A program made the translations under genes and the position numbers. This document shows, piece after piece, positions 38,634 through 47,772 of a stretch of 64,000 bases of DNA. The DNA is from an uncultured Actinomycetota bacterium (GTDB lineage Bacteria; Actinomycetota; Actinomycetes; JACCUZ01): positions 13,822 to 77,821 of the forward strand of contig CAVSCX010000015.1 of the NCBI GenBank assembly GCA_963726615.1. The letters are read 5' to 3'. Position 1 is the first letter of the stretch, and each line of letters opens with the position of its first letter. The notes beneath the pieces are model-generated. The model saw only the letters and a program-made list of their open reading frames with translations. It had not been told where the DNA came from and ran no database searches.

Positions 38634-39363
38634 GTGCAGGCCTCGCTGCCGGCCTCGCCGTCCTGCTCGTCCTCGGAGCCGCCACCGACCCGGTCGTGCT
38701 CCTGGCCGCCGTGGCGCTGGCCCAGGTGCTCACGGCCGTGCCTGGTTCGCGGCGCTGGGCGTCGCGCGGATGCGCCGAGGGCCAGGTCCTGGTCGCGCGG
38801 CCGCTGTGGCCGCCGACATCACGGTGCTCCGGTCGGACGAGACGCGACCCCTGGCGCACGTCGGTCCGGTGCTCGCCGTGGCGCTGCTCGCGACGCTCGT
38901 GCTGCAGCTGGTCGCGCGCCGGGACGGGCGCGACGGGGCTGACCGGCTCGCTCACGGCCAGCGGGTCCGCCTCGTGCTGGCCGGTCTCGCCGCGGCCTGG
39001 TTGGCCCTGGACGTGCAGAGGACGGGGTCGGCCTGGTCCTCGTCGCGGCCGTGGCGGTAGCGGCGGCCCCCGCTGCGGACTGGGCCGTCGGACCGGGCCG
39101 CGGTCCGGCTGCCGGTCCGGCGGTGGGTCCCGGTGCTGGCCGGAGCCGCCCTCACCGTGGCCGCCGGTGCCGTGGTGGCGTCGCAGTCGGGTCTGGACCT
39201 TCCGGTGGCGCTGGCCGCCGGGGCCGTGGCGGCAGTCGCGGCGCGGGTGGCCGTCGTGCTTGCCCAGCGGGTGCCCACGGCCGACCCGGTGCTGCCGGCG
39301 GTGCTGCCGGCGCTGCTCGTGGCTCCGGCGACGTACGTCCTCGCCCGGGTGCTGCTCGGCTGA
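38630..39363 (+). pseudogene. Rv0817c-like membrane/exported protein with disrupted reading frame (in-frame TAG at 39058 and apparent frame changes)
   Basis: Hydrophobic segments appear in three different frames (38630 frame, 38770 frame, 39133 frame). The frame-1 ORF is broken by a single TAG. Region is strongly low-complexity. Confidence 0.3.
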
Positions 39364-39416
39364 CCGCCGGACCGACGCCGGGGAATCCGAGCGATCAGCC
39401 CGCAGTTGGTCCTGAC

Positions 39417-39842
39417 GTGACCGGACTGCTCGTCGTCGTCGTGACCCTGGCGGTCGCCTCGGCGGCCGGGCTGTGGATCCAGCGGTCGGGCCACCGGCTG
39501 GCCCGTCGCAGCCGCGCAGGCGTCGGCGCCGGTCCGGTGCTGGCCGCGAGCGACCTGGGCGCCGACCTCGGCGAGCGGGCCACCCTGGTGCAGTTCTCCT
39601 CCGCGTTCTGCCAGCCCTGCCGGGCCACCCGGCGGATCCTCGACGAGGTCAGCACCATGGTCGCGGGGGTGACCCACGTGGAGGTCGACGCCGAGAGCAA
39701 CCTGGACCTGGTCCGCCGGCTCGACGTCCGGCGCACGCCTACGGTGCTGGTCCTGGACTCGTCGGGCGCCGTGGTTCGCCGGGCCAGCGGGCAGCCCCGC
39801 AAGGCCGACGTGCTGGCCGCGCTGGGCGAGGCGGTCAGGTGA
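39417..39842 (+). CDS. thioredoxin-like protein with N-terminal TM anchor (ThiX/TlpA-like)
   Basis: VTGLLVVVVTLAVASAAGLW anchor then ...ATLVQFSSAFCQPCRATRRILDEV... (CxxC), ...LDVRRTPTVLVLDSSGAVV. Confidence 0.65.
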   Translation: MTGLLVVVVTLAVASAAGLWIQRSGHRLARRSRAGVGAGPVLAASDLGADLGERATLVQFSSAFCQPCRATRRILDEVSTMVAGVTHVEVDAESNLDLVRRLDVRRTPTVLVLDSSGAVVRRASGQPRKADVLAALGEAVR

Positions 39843-40019
39843 CCTGTCTCAGTGGGTGGAACACCTCGTGCCGAGGCGTGGACGGGGCTAGCATCGACGG
39901 CGTGAGCACGGAGCTGACCCGACGACGCGCAGTCGACCTGCTGCGCGTCGCGACTGCGCTCTGTCCCGCTTCCTGACACCAGACGAGACCCGTCCGTCCG
40001 CTTCCGTCAGGAGCACCCC

Positions 40020-40499
40020 ATGCCGTCCTCGGCAACCCCCGTCCTGGTCGACCCGCGCGGCCCCCGCGCCGGCGCCGCCCTCACCACCGTCGTCCTCGCC
40101 GTCGCGATCGCGACCGGCTGGTCGTGGCTGCTCGTCGGCCAGGCCGTCGTGTTCGCGCTCGGTGCCGCCGGCCGCTCGCCGTACGGCGTCCTGTACGCCC
40201 GGCTGGTCCGCCCGCGTCTGGGGGTGCCGGCCGAGCTCGAGGACAGCCGGCCGCTGCGCTTCGCCCAGGCCGTCGGCCTGGCGTTCAGCCTCGTCGCGCT
40301 GGCCGCCCTGGCGCTGCCCGGCGGGGCGGTGACCCTGGTCGCGACCGCGGCCGCGCTGGCGGCAGCCTTCCTCAACGCCGCGTTCGGCGTCTGCCTCGGG
40401 TGCGAGGCCTACCTGCTGCTCCGACGCAGCACGCCCATCGTGCGCACGGTCCCGAACCCGCGCGCCGCCATCCCCACCCGTTCGGAGGTCCCCGCATGA
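40020..40499 (+). CDS. DUF4395-family membrane protein (precedes rhodanese, as in the mycobacterial cysA2 locus)
   Basis: 4 predicted TM helices. ...AAFGVCLGCEAYLLL C-terminal motif. Stop overlaps next ATG (ATGA). Confidence 0.65.
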   Translation: MPSSATPVLVDPRGPRAGAALTTVVLAVAIATGWSWLLVGQAVVFALGAAGRSPYGVLYARLVRPRLGVPAELEDSRPLRFAQAVGLAFSLVALAALALPGGAVTLVATAAALAAAFLNAAFGVCLGCEAYLLLRRSTPIVRTVPNPRAAIPTRSEVPA

Positions 40500-41335
40500 G
40501 CCGCGACACCGCACTGGTCGACGCCGACTGGGTCGAGTCCAGGATCGACGACCCGAAGGTCGTCCTCGTCGAGGTCGACGAGGACACCGCCGCGTACGAC
40601 AAGAACCACATCCGGGGCGCCGCGCGCCTCGACTGGAAGAAGGACCTGCAGGACCCGGTCCGGCGCGACTTCGTGAGCAAGCAGCAGTTCGAGGCGCTGC
40701 TCTCGGCCAAGGGCATCGCCAACGACGACGTCGTCGTGCTCTACGGCGGCAACAACAACTGGTTCGCCGCCTACGCCTACTGGTACTTCAGGCTGTACGG
40801 CCACGGCGACGTCCGGCTGCTCGACGGCGGCCGCAAGAAGTGGGAGCTGGACTCCCGCGAGCTCGTCGACGAGGTCGTCGAGCGCCCCGCCACCACCTAC
40901 ACCGCGCAGGAGCAGGACCGGTCGATCCGCGCCTTCCGCGACGAGGTCGAGGCGGCCATCGGCCAGAAGAACCTCGTCGACGTCCGCAGCCCCGACGAGT
41001 TCTCCGGCAAGCTGCTCGCTCCGGCACACCTGCCGCAGGAGCAGTCGCAGCGACCCGGCCACATCCCGACGGCGCGCAACATCCCGTGGTCCCAGGCCGC
41101 CAACGACGACGGCACCTTCAAGAGCGACAGCGACCTCGCGACGCTGTACGGCGACAAGGGCGTCGACCTGGCCAAGGACACGATCGCCTACTGCCGCATC
41201 GGCGAGCGCTCCGCGCACACCTGGTTCGTCCTGCACGAGATCCTGGGCCAGCCGAACGTCAAGAACTACGACGGCTCGTGGACCGAGTGGGGCTCGCTCG
41301 TCGGGGTGCCGATCGAGCTCGGGGAGCAGCCCTGA
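40496..41335 (+). CDS. sseA: thiosulfate sulfurtransferase (tandem-rhodanese, SseA/CysA2-like)
   Basis: ...KNHIRGAARLDW... and active-site loop AYCRIGERSAHTWFVL. Two rhodanese domains. Confidence 0.9.
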   Translation: MSRDTALVDADWVESRIDDPKVVLVEVDEDTAAYDKNHIRGAARLDWKKDLQDPVRRDFVSKQQFEALLSAKGIANDDVVVLYGGNNNWFAAYAYWYFRLYGHGDVRLLDGGRKKWELDSRELVDEVVERPATTYTAQEQDRSIRAFRDEVEAAIGQKNLVDVRSPDEFSGKLLAPAHLPQEQSQRPGHIPTARNIPWSQAANDDGTFKSDSDLATLYGDKGVDLAKDTIAYCRIGERSAHTWFVLHEILGQPNVKNYDGSWTEWGSLVGVPIELGEQP

Positions 41336-41634
41336 TGTGCGGCGCGAAGGCCGGCGGCCCCTCCACCGAGGGTGTCGACCTCACCGACGAGTCGGTGGTG
41401 CAGGGCGTCGTCGTCCGTGACGGCTCGCCGGTCTCCGGCGCCTACGTGCGGCTGCTCGACGGCGGCGGCGAGTTCACCGCCGAGGTGCCGACCTCGGCGA
41501 CCGGCCAGTTCCGGTTCTTCGCCGCCCCGGGCACGTGGACGCTGCGGACCCTGGCGCCGAAGGCGGAGCCGGTCGACCGCACCGTGGTCGCCCAGCGCGG
41601 CGAGGTGGCCGAGGTCGAGGTGCTCATCGCCTGA
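41335..41634 (+). CDS. DUF1416 (SseC-like) protein
   Basis: TGATG overlap with rhodanese. MCGAKAGGP...QGVVVRDGSPVSGAYVRLLD...GQFRFFAAPGTWTLR. Confidence 0.75.
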   Translation: MCGAKAGGPSTEGVDLTDESVVQGVVVRDGSPVSGAYVRLLDGGGEFTAEVPTSATGQFRFFAAPGTWTLRTLAPKAEPVDRTVVAQRGEVAEVEVLIA

Positions 41635-41674
41635 CGTACTGAAGAACGTCGCGGTCCCCGCCGATGATGCAGGC

Positions 41675-42205
41675 ATGCGTTGTCGGCGGGGGCTCGTCCG
41701 TCTCGTGGTCTCGCTCGCTCTCGTGAGCTGCGCGGGGTCACCGGCGTCGTACGCCGTCGCGGGTGCGCCCACGCCACCGGGGCGGGCCTTCACCGCCCGG
41801 GTCGACCGCGTCGTCGACGGCGACACGTTCATCGCACTTCGGCGCGGCGAGCGGCTCCGGGTGCGCCTCATCGGCGTCGACTCCCCGGAGTCGGTCCGGC
41901 CCGGATCCCCGGTCGAGTGCTGGGGGCCGGAGTCCTCGGCCCGGTTGACCCGGCTGCTGCCGGTCGGGACCCGGGTGACCGGGGCGTACCAGGGCGGCGG
42001 GCGGCAGGACCAGTACGGACGCGACCTGTGGGACGTGTGGCTGCCCGACGGGCGGTTCCTCCAGGGCGTGCTGGTGCGTCGTGGTGCGGCGCGCGCCTAC
42101 CCCTACCGCCCGCAGGTCGCGCACGCGGCGTACCTCGAGAAGGTCGCGGCCCTGGCCCGTGACCGCGACCGCGGTCTCTGGGGGCATTGCCCCGGCCCTG
42201 CCTGA
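41675..42205 (+). CDS. thermonuclease (SNase/micrococcal-nuclease-like) lipoprotein
   Basis: Lipobox LVSCAG. ...RVVDGDTFIALRRGERLRVRLIGVDSPE...YGRDLWDVWLPDGRFLQGVLVRRGAARAY. Confidence 0.75.
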   Translation: MRCRRGLVRLVVSLALVSCAGSPASYAVAGAPTPPGRAFTARVDRVVDGDTFIALRRGERLRVRLIGVDSPESVRPGSPVECWGPESSARLTRLLPVGTRVTGAYQGGGRQDQYGRDLWDVWLPDGRFLQGVLVRRGAARAYPYRPQVAHAAYLEKVAALARDRDRGLWGHCPGPA

Positions 42206-42222
42206 CCGGCACGCTGGCGGGG

Positions 42223-42824
42223 TGACCGCCGTACCGCCCTGGTCCGGCACGACGGTGCTGACCAGCAGGCGGCTGCTGCTGCGCACCTGGCGGCGCGACG
42301 ACCTGCCGGTGTTCGCCGCGATGAACGCCGACCCGGCCGTGGTCGAGTTCCTCGGCGGGGCACCGCTGCCGCCCGAGGAGTCCGACGCGATCGCGGCGCA
42401 CGCCGACCGGCTCTGGGCGGCCGAGGCTCTTGGCCTGCTCGCCGTGGAACGCACCGACGACGGGACCTTCGTCGGATTCTGCGGGCTGCACCGGCTGCTG
42501 GACTGGTACCCCGACGACATCGAGATCGCCTGGCGGCTCGCCCGGCAGCACTGGGGCCACGGCTACGCCACCGAGGCGGCCGCGGCCTGGCTCGACTACG
42601 GCTTCGGGGTCCTCGGGCTCGACCGGGTCATCTCCACCACCGACCGCGACCCGCCCAACCTGCGCAGCATCGCCGTCATGCGCCGCCTCGGCATGGTCTG
42701 GGACCACGACGCCGAGCTGGTGGAGGACGGCGTGAGCTTCCCCGCCGTGGTCCACAGCATCACCGCCGAGCAGTGGGGGGAGCTGGCCGGATCCGGCCCC
42801 GGCCCCGACCCGGAGCGGGGCTAG
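42223..42824 (+). CDS. GNAT-family N-acetyltransferase (RimJ/RimL-like)
   Basis: GTG start. ...LTSRRLLLRTWRRDDL...IEIAWRLARQHWGHGYATEAAAAWLDYGF... Confidence 0.7.
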
Positions 42825-42865
42825 CGTGGGCGAAGGCGTCGACGTCGACGTCGGAAGGGCGGGCC

Positions 42866-43666
42866 ATGGAGGTGCTGCTGCTCGGGGCCAGCGGGTCGAT
42901 CGGCCGTGGCGCGTCCGCGGAGCTGCTGGCTCGGGGGCACGCCGTGCGGGCCGCCTCCCGGACCCCGCAGGCGTCTGTCGCCGGGAGCGGGCCGCGGTGG
43001 TTCCCGGTCGACCTGACCACCGGTGCGGGACTGCTCGACGCGGTCCGCGGCGTCGACGCCGTCGTCGACCTCGCGAACGTCCGCAGCCCCAGGCCCTCCG
43101 CGCTCGACGCCGTCCTGGTCGACGGGACCCGACGGGTCCTGCGCGCCTGCCAGGAGCTGGGAGGTGTCCGGTACGTGGGCATCTCGATCGTGGGCATCGA
43201 CGAGATCCCCTACGTCTACTACCGGGCGAAGCTGAGGCAGGAGCGGGTGATCGAGAGCGGTGGAGCCCCCTGGTCGTTGCTGCGCTCGACCCAGGTGCAC
43301 GACTTCGTCGACCAGATCCTGTCCCTCTCGGGGCGCGCGCCCGCGCTGGTCCTCCCCACCGACGTGCGGCTGCAGCCGATCGCCGTCGCCGACGTGGCGC
43401 GGTCGCTCGCAGATGCGGCCGAGCAGCCGGCGGCAGGCCGGCTGCCGGAGGTGGGGGGTCCGCGGATCCAGACCCTGGGCGAGCTCGCCCAGGAGTGGCT
43501 ACGCGCTCGCGGGCAGTCCAAGCGGGTCCTTCGCGTGCCGTTGCCCGGCCGAGTGGGAACGGCATTGGCCCGGGGCCGGCTGTGCACGCCCCAGCACGCC
43601 GTCGACGGCGCCGACTTCGCGCAGTGGCTGACGGGCACGAGGGGCGGGCCGGGGACACCGTCGTGA
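42866..43666 (+). CDS. NAD(P)H-binding NmrA/SDR-like oxidoreductase
   Basis: MEVLLLGASGSIGRGASAELLARGHAVRAASR Rossmann GxxGxxG. Confidence 0.75.
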   Translation: MEVLLLGASGSIGRGASAELLARGHAVRAASRTPQASVAGSGPRWFPVDLTTGAGLLDAVRGVDAVVDLANVRSPRPSALDAVLVDGTRRVLRACQELGGVRYVGISIVGIDEIPYVYYRAKLRQERVIESGGAPWSLLRSTQVHDFVDQILSLSGRAPALVLPTDVRLQPIAVADVARSLADAAEQPAAGRLPEVGGPRIQTLGELAQEWLRARGQSKRVLRVPLPGRVGTALARGRLCTPQHAVDGADFAQWLTGTRGGPGTPS

Positions 43667-43900
43667 CGAGGATGCTGCGACGGGACGTCCGTCGACCGGG
43701 CAGCTGACGTCACGGCGCCGCGCTGACGGCAACGAGGCGGGACCGGCCCCGCGTAGACTCGGTGGGTGCTGTCCACCGTGGTCGTCGTCGTGCTCGTGTC
43801 GACGTTCGCGATCGTCGCGGGGGTCGCCGGCTGGGTCGTGCGCCGGCTCTGGACCGCCACCGGCGACGGCCGCCCGACGTCCAGGGAGAGCTGACCGGCG

Positions 43901-44392
43901 GTGGAGATCCGCGCGGACATGCCGCTCCAGCTGGTCCCGGTGTCGTGGCTGCTCGGCACCTGGCGGGGTGTGGGCGTCGGCGGCTACCCGACCGTGCCGG
44001 AGTTCCGGTTCAGCCAGGAGGTCACCTTCACCGAGCTGCCCGGCAAGCCGTTCGTCCACCACCTGAGCCGAAGCTGGCTGCTCGACGACGACGGCACTGA
44101 GGTGCGCCCGCTCGCCCAGGAGACCGGGTACTGGCGCCCCGAGGCCGACGGCAGCCTGGAGGTCCTGCTCGCGCACCCGACCGGGTTCGTCGAGATCTGG
44201 GTGGGCACCGCCGACGGGGCGAAGGTCGAGCTGAGCACCGACGCCGTCGCCCGGACGGCGACCGCCAAGGACTACACGGCCGGCCACCGGTTGTACGGGC
44301 TGGTCAAGGGCGACCTGCTGTGGGCCTATGACATGGCGGCCATGGGCCAGCCGCTGCAGCCGCACCTGTCCGCCACCCTGACGAGGGTCTGA
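43901..44392 (+). CDS. FABP/nitrobindin-like beta-barrel protein (DUF1794, UPF0678)
   Basis: ...LQLVPVSWLLGTWRGVGVGGYPTV...GYWRPEADGSLEVLLAHPTGFVEIWVG... Confidence 0.7.
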   Translation: MEIRADMPLQLVPVSWLLGTWRGVGVGGYPTVPEFRFSQEVTFTELPGKPFVHHLSRSWLLDDDGTEVRPLAQETGYWRPEADGSLEVLLAHPTGFVEIWVGTADGAKVELSTDAVARTATAKDYTAGHRLYGLVKGDLLWAYDMAAMGQPLQPHLSATLTRV

Positions 44393-44393
44393 C

Positions 44394-44810
44394 GTGGCCG
44401 CCCAGGACCTGCCCGCGACCCTGCGCGCCAAGGGGTACCGGATCACGCCGCAGCGTCAGCTCGTGCTCGACGCCGTCACCGCCCTCGAGCACGGCACACC
44501 GGACGAGATCTGCGCGCAGGTGCAGCGCACCGCGACCGGCGTCAACCTCTCGACGGTCTACCGCACCCTCGAGCTGCTCGAGGAGCTCGGCCTGGTCACC
44601 CACACCCATCTCGGCCACGGCGCGCCGACCTACCACGCGGCCGGCGACATCGACCACCTGCACCTGGTCTGCCGCGACTGCGGCGAGATCATCGAGACCG
44701 ACGTCGCCCTCGCGGACTCGCTGGTGGGAATGTTGGCCGACCAGCATGGCTTCCAGACAGACGTGGCTCACTTCGCGATCTACGGCCGCTGTCGGGGGTG
44801 CGCGACATGA
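44394..44810 (+). CDS. Fur-family transcriptional regulator (Zur/FurB-like)
   Basis: GYRITPQRQLVLDAV...HTHLGHGAPTYH...HLHLVCRDCGEIIE...GRCRGC with metal-binding HxH and CxxC motifs. Confidence 0.85.
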   Translation: MAAQDLPATLRAKGYRITPQRQLVLDAVTALEHGTPDEICAQVQRTATGVNLSTVYRTLELLEELGLVTHTHLGHGAPTYHAAGDIDHLHLVCRDCGEIIETDVALADSLVGMLADQHGFQTDVAHFAIYGRCRGCAT

Positions 44811-45736
44811 CGAGCCCGCTTCTCTCCCGGCCCGGTGCCGTCGAGGCCGACCCGCCCGACGCCGGTGTGGCGGCCCACTACGGCGACCCGTTCCGCGAGC
44901 AGCGCGCGCTGGTCGACGGTGAGGCGTCGGTCGACCTCTCGCACCGGCCGGTCGTCCGCGTCGCCGGCCCGGACCGCCTGACGTGGCTGCACTCCCTCAC
45001 CTCCCAGCACCTGGAGGCGCTCACGCCGGGCACGGCGACCGAGGCCCTGCTGCTCTCGCCGCACGGTCACGTCGAGCACGACCTGCACCTCGTCGACGAC
45101 GGGTCGGCGGTCTGGCTGCACGTCGAGCCGGGCACCGCCGAGGCACTGGTGGGCTGGCTGGACTCGATGCGCTTCTGGTCCCAGGTGGAGGTCGAGAACC
45201 TCTGCGCGTCGTACGCCGTCGTACACCGCCCGACCGCGGTCGAGGGCGTCCCGAGCCGGCTCGTCCCGCACGGTGTCGAGTCGTTCGTCGACCGGGCCGA
45301 CCTGGAGGCCGCCCTGGCGGGGCCGGTCGCCGGAGTGTGGGCGCTCGAGGCGCTGCGGGTCGCCGACGGCCGGCCGCGGTTCGGCCTGGAGACCGACCAT
45401 CGCACGATCCCGCACGAGGTCGGCTGGATCGAGACGGCGGTACACCTGGACAAGGGCTGCTACCGGGGCCAGGAGACCGTCGCACGGGTGGCCAACCTCG
45501 GCCGGCCGCCGCGCCGGCTGGTGCTGCTGCACCTGGACGGCAGCGAGTCGGTGCTGCCCGGACACGGTGACCCGGTGCTGCTCGGGGACCGCCAGGTCGG
45601 GACTGTCACCTCCTCGGCCCGCCACTACGAGCTCGGCCCGGTCGCGCTGGCCGTGGTCAAGCGGTCCACGCCGGCCGACGCACCGCTCGTCGCCGGCGGG
45701 GTGGCCGCCGCCCAGGAGGTCCTCGTCCCGGCCTGA
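44807..45736 (+). CDS. ygfZ: YgfZ/CAF17-family folate-binding Fe-S cluster repair protein (GcvT-like fold)
   Basis: ATGA overlap with fur. ...AHYGDPFREQRALVDG...LDKGCYRGQETVARV conserved K-G-C-Y-x-GQE motif. Confidence 0.8.
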   Translation: MTSPLLSRPGAVEADPPDAGVAAHYGDPFREQRALVDGEASVDLSHRPVVRVAGPDRLTWLHSLTSQHLEALTPGTATEALLLSPHGHVEHDLHLVDDGSAVWLHVEPGTAEALVGWLDSMRFWSQVEVENLCASYAVVHRPTAVEGVPSRLVPHGVESFVDRADLEAALAGPVAGVWALEALRVADGRPRFGLETDHRTIPHEVGWIETAVHLDKGCYRGQETVARVANLGRPPRRLVLLHLDGSESVLPGHGDPVLLGDRQVGTVTSSARHYELGPVALAVVKRSTPADAPLVAGGVAAAQEVLVPA

Positions 45737-45758
45737 CGAGCCGGGCCTGGTCGGGGGA

Positions 45759-46193
45759 TCAGACCTCGAGGAGCAGGGTCACCGGGCCGTCGTTGACGAG
45801 GGACAGCTGCATGTCGGCCCCGAAGCGGCCGGTCTCGACCCTCGCTCCGCGCTCGCGCAGCACCGTGACGAGGTGTGCCACCAGCGGTTCGGCGACGGGG
45901 CCGGGGGCCGCGGCGTTCCAGGTCGGGCGCCGGCCCTTGCGGGTGTCGCCGTACAGCGTGAACTGGCTGACCACGAGCAGCGGGGCGCCTACCTCGGCCG
46001 CGGACCGCTCGTCGTCGAGGATGCGCAGCTCGTGCACCTTCACGGCGAGCCGTGCGGCCTTCTCTTCGGTGTCGTCGTGGGTCACGCCGACGAGGACGCA
46101 GAGCCCCTGCCCGGAGCCGTCCCCGATCCGGCTGACGACCTCGCCGCCGACGGTGACGAAGGCCTCGCGGACCCGTTGGACCAGAGCGCGCAT
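45759..46193 (-). CDS. dtd: D-aminoacyl-tRNA deacylase
   Basis: MRALVQRV...[29 protein letters not shown]...[20 protein letters not shown]. 144 aa from ATG at 46193. Confidence 0.85.
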   Translation of the reverse strand: MRALVQRVREAFVTVGGEVVSRIGDGSGQGLCVLVGVTHDDTEEKAARLAVKVHELRILDDERSAAEVGAPLLVVSQFTLYGDTRKGRRPTWNAAAPGPVAEPLVAHLVTVLRERGARVETGRFGADMQLSLVNDGPVTLLLEV

Positions 46194-46575
46194 CAGGCCA
46201 TGATCGCCGACCGCGCCAGGGAGGTCGTCAGCCGCGCCCGAACAGACCCTTGCGCTTCTTCTTGTCGGCACCGGGGGGTGGCGCCGACCTCGGAGCGGCG
46301 GGGCCGGAGGACTCCTCCGGACCGTCGTCCAGGCCGAAGCCGAGGCTGGAGAGCTCGCGCAGCAGCATCGCGGTGTCCGCCTGGTCGCGGGCAACCATCG
46401 GCTCGGGGCGGTCGTCGACCTCCTTGGCCTCGGGCTCCGGCTTCGCCGTCTCGACGGGCTTCTCCGGCACCACGGCGGGCGTCGGCTCCACCGGTGCGTT
46501 GCGGGTGAGCTCGGTCAGCATGTTCGCCGCCGCCCGCGGGCCGGCGTTGTCCCGGTGGACGGCGGCTGGGGCCCG

Positions 46576-46940
46576 CTCGGCCTCCGCTGCGTCGGCGGCG
46601 GCCTGCTCGGCGGCGACCCGCTCGGCCTCCGCTGCGTCGGCGGCGGCCTGCTCGGCGGCGACCCGCTCGGCCTCCGCTGCGTCGGCGGCGGCCTGCTCGG
46701 CGGCGACCCGCTCGGCCTCCGCTGCGTCGGCGGCGGCCTGCTCGGCGGCGACCCGCTCGGCCTCCGCTGCTCGGCGGCGGCCTGCTCGGCGGCGGCCTGC
46801 TCGGCGGCGGCCTGCTCGGCGGCGGCCTGGTCGGCGGCGACCCGCTCGGCCTCGGCGGCGGCCTGGTCGGCGGCGACCCGCTCGGCTTCGGCGGCGGCCT
46901 GCTCGGCGGCGACCCGCTCGGCCGCGGCGGCCTCCGCCTC
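46576..46940. repeat. 45-bp tandem repeat array (4 perfect copies 46576-46755, then degenerate copies)
   Basis: Unit ctcggcctccgctgcgtcggcggcggcctgctcggcggcgacccg x4. The 5th copy lacks one G. Confidence 0.8.
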
Positions 46941-47199
46941 AGCAGCCTGCTCCGCCGCGATCCGCTCGGCCTCCGCCGCCGCGATCGCCTCGGCCGCCTC
47001 GGCCGCGAGCCGGTCGGCCTCCTCGCGCTCACGTCGTGCGGCCTCGCGCCGGGCGATCCGCTCGGCCTCCTTGCGGGCCGCGGTCTCCTCGGCCTTGCGG
47101 GAACGGCGCGCAGCCTCCTCGGCCAGCTCCCGCTCGGCCTGCTCGCGGGCAGCCCGAAGCTCGGCCTCGCGGGCCGCCTCCTCGGCGGCGCGCTCGGCG

Positions 47200-47772
47200 G
47201 ACCAGGCGGCATGGTCGGCCCAGGCAGCCTCTTCGGCATCGGCCCGCTGGGCCGTCAGCCAGGCCCCGTGCTCGGCCCAGGCGGTCTCCTCGGCGGCGGC
47301 CCGCTGCGCCGCCAGCCAGGCGGTGTGATCGGCCCACGCGGTCTCCTCCGCTGCCGCGCGCTCGGCGGCAAGGGCGGCCCGGGCGTCGAGCCACGCGGTG
47401 TGGTCGGCCCAGGCGGACTCTTCGGCGGCGGCGCGCTCGCCCTCGAGCCAGGCAGCGTGGTCGGCCCAGGCGGTCTCCTCGGCGGCGGCGCGCTCGCCCT
47501 CGAGCCAGGCAGCGTGGTCGGACCAGGCGGTCTCCTCGGCGCCGGCCCGCTGGGCCGCCAGCCAGGTGGCGTGCTCGGCCCAGGCGGTCTCCTCGGCGTC
47601 GGCCCGCTGGGCCGCCAGCCAGGTCGCGTGCTCGGCCCAGGCGGTCTGCTCGGCAGCGGCCCGCTCGCCCTCGAGCCAGGCAGTGTGGTCGGCCCAGGCG
47701 GTCTCCTCGGCGCCGGCCCGCTGGGCCGCCAGCCAGGTGGCGTGGTCGGCCCAGGCGGTCTCCTCGGCCTCG
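47200..47772. repeat. 57-bp tandem repeat array, about 10 copies, two alternating subtypes
   Basis: Unit ggcccaggcggtctcctcggcggcggcgcgctcgccctcgagccaggcagcgtggtc with variants. Encodes the 19-aa W-containing protein repeats. Confidence 0.8.

Noticed and set aside
41868-43658. 596-aa minus-strand ORF over the nuclease/GNAT/NmrA genes
   Set aside because: Antisense artefact with Arg/Pro-rich nonsense translation.
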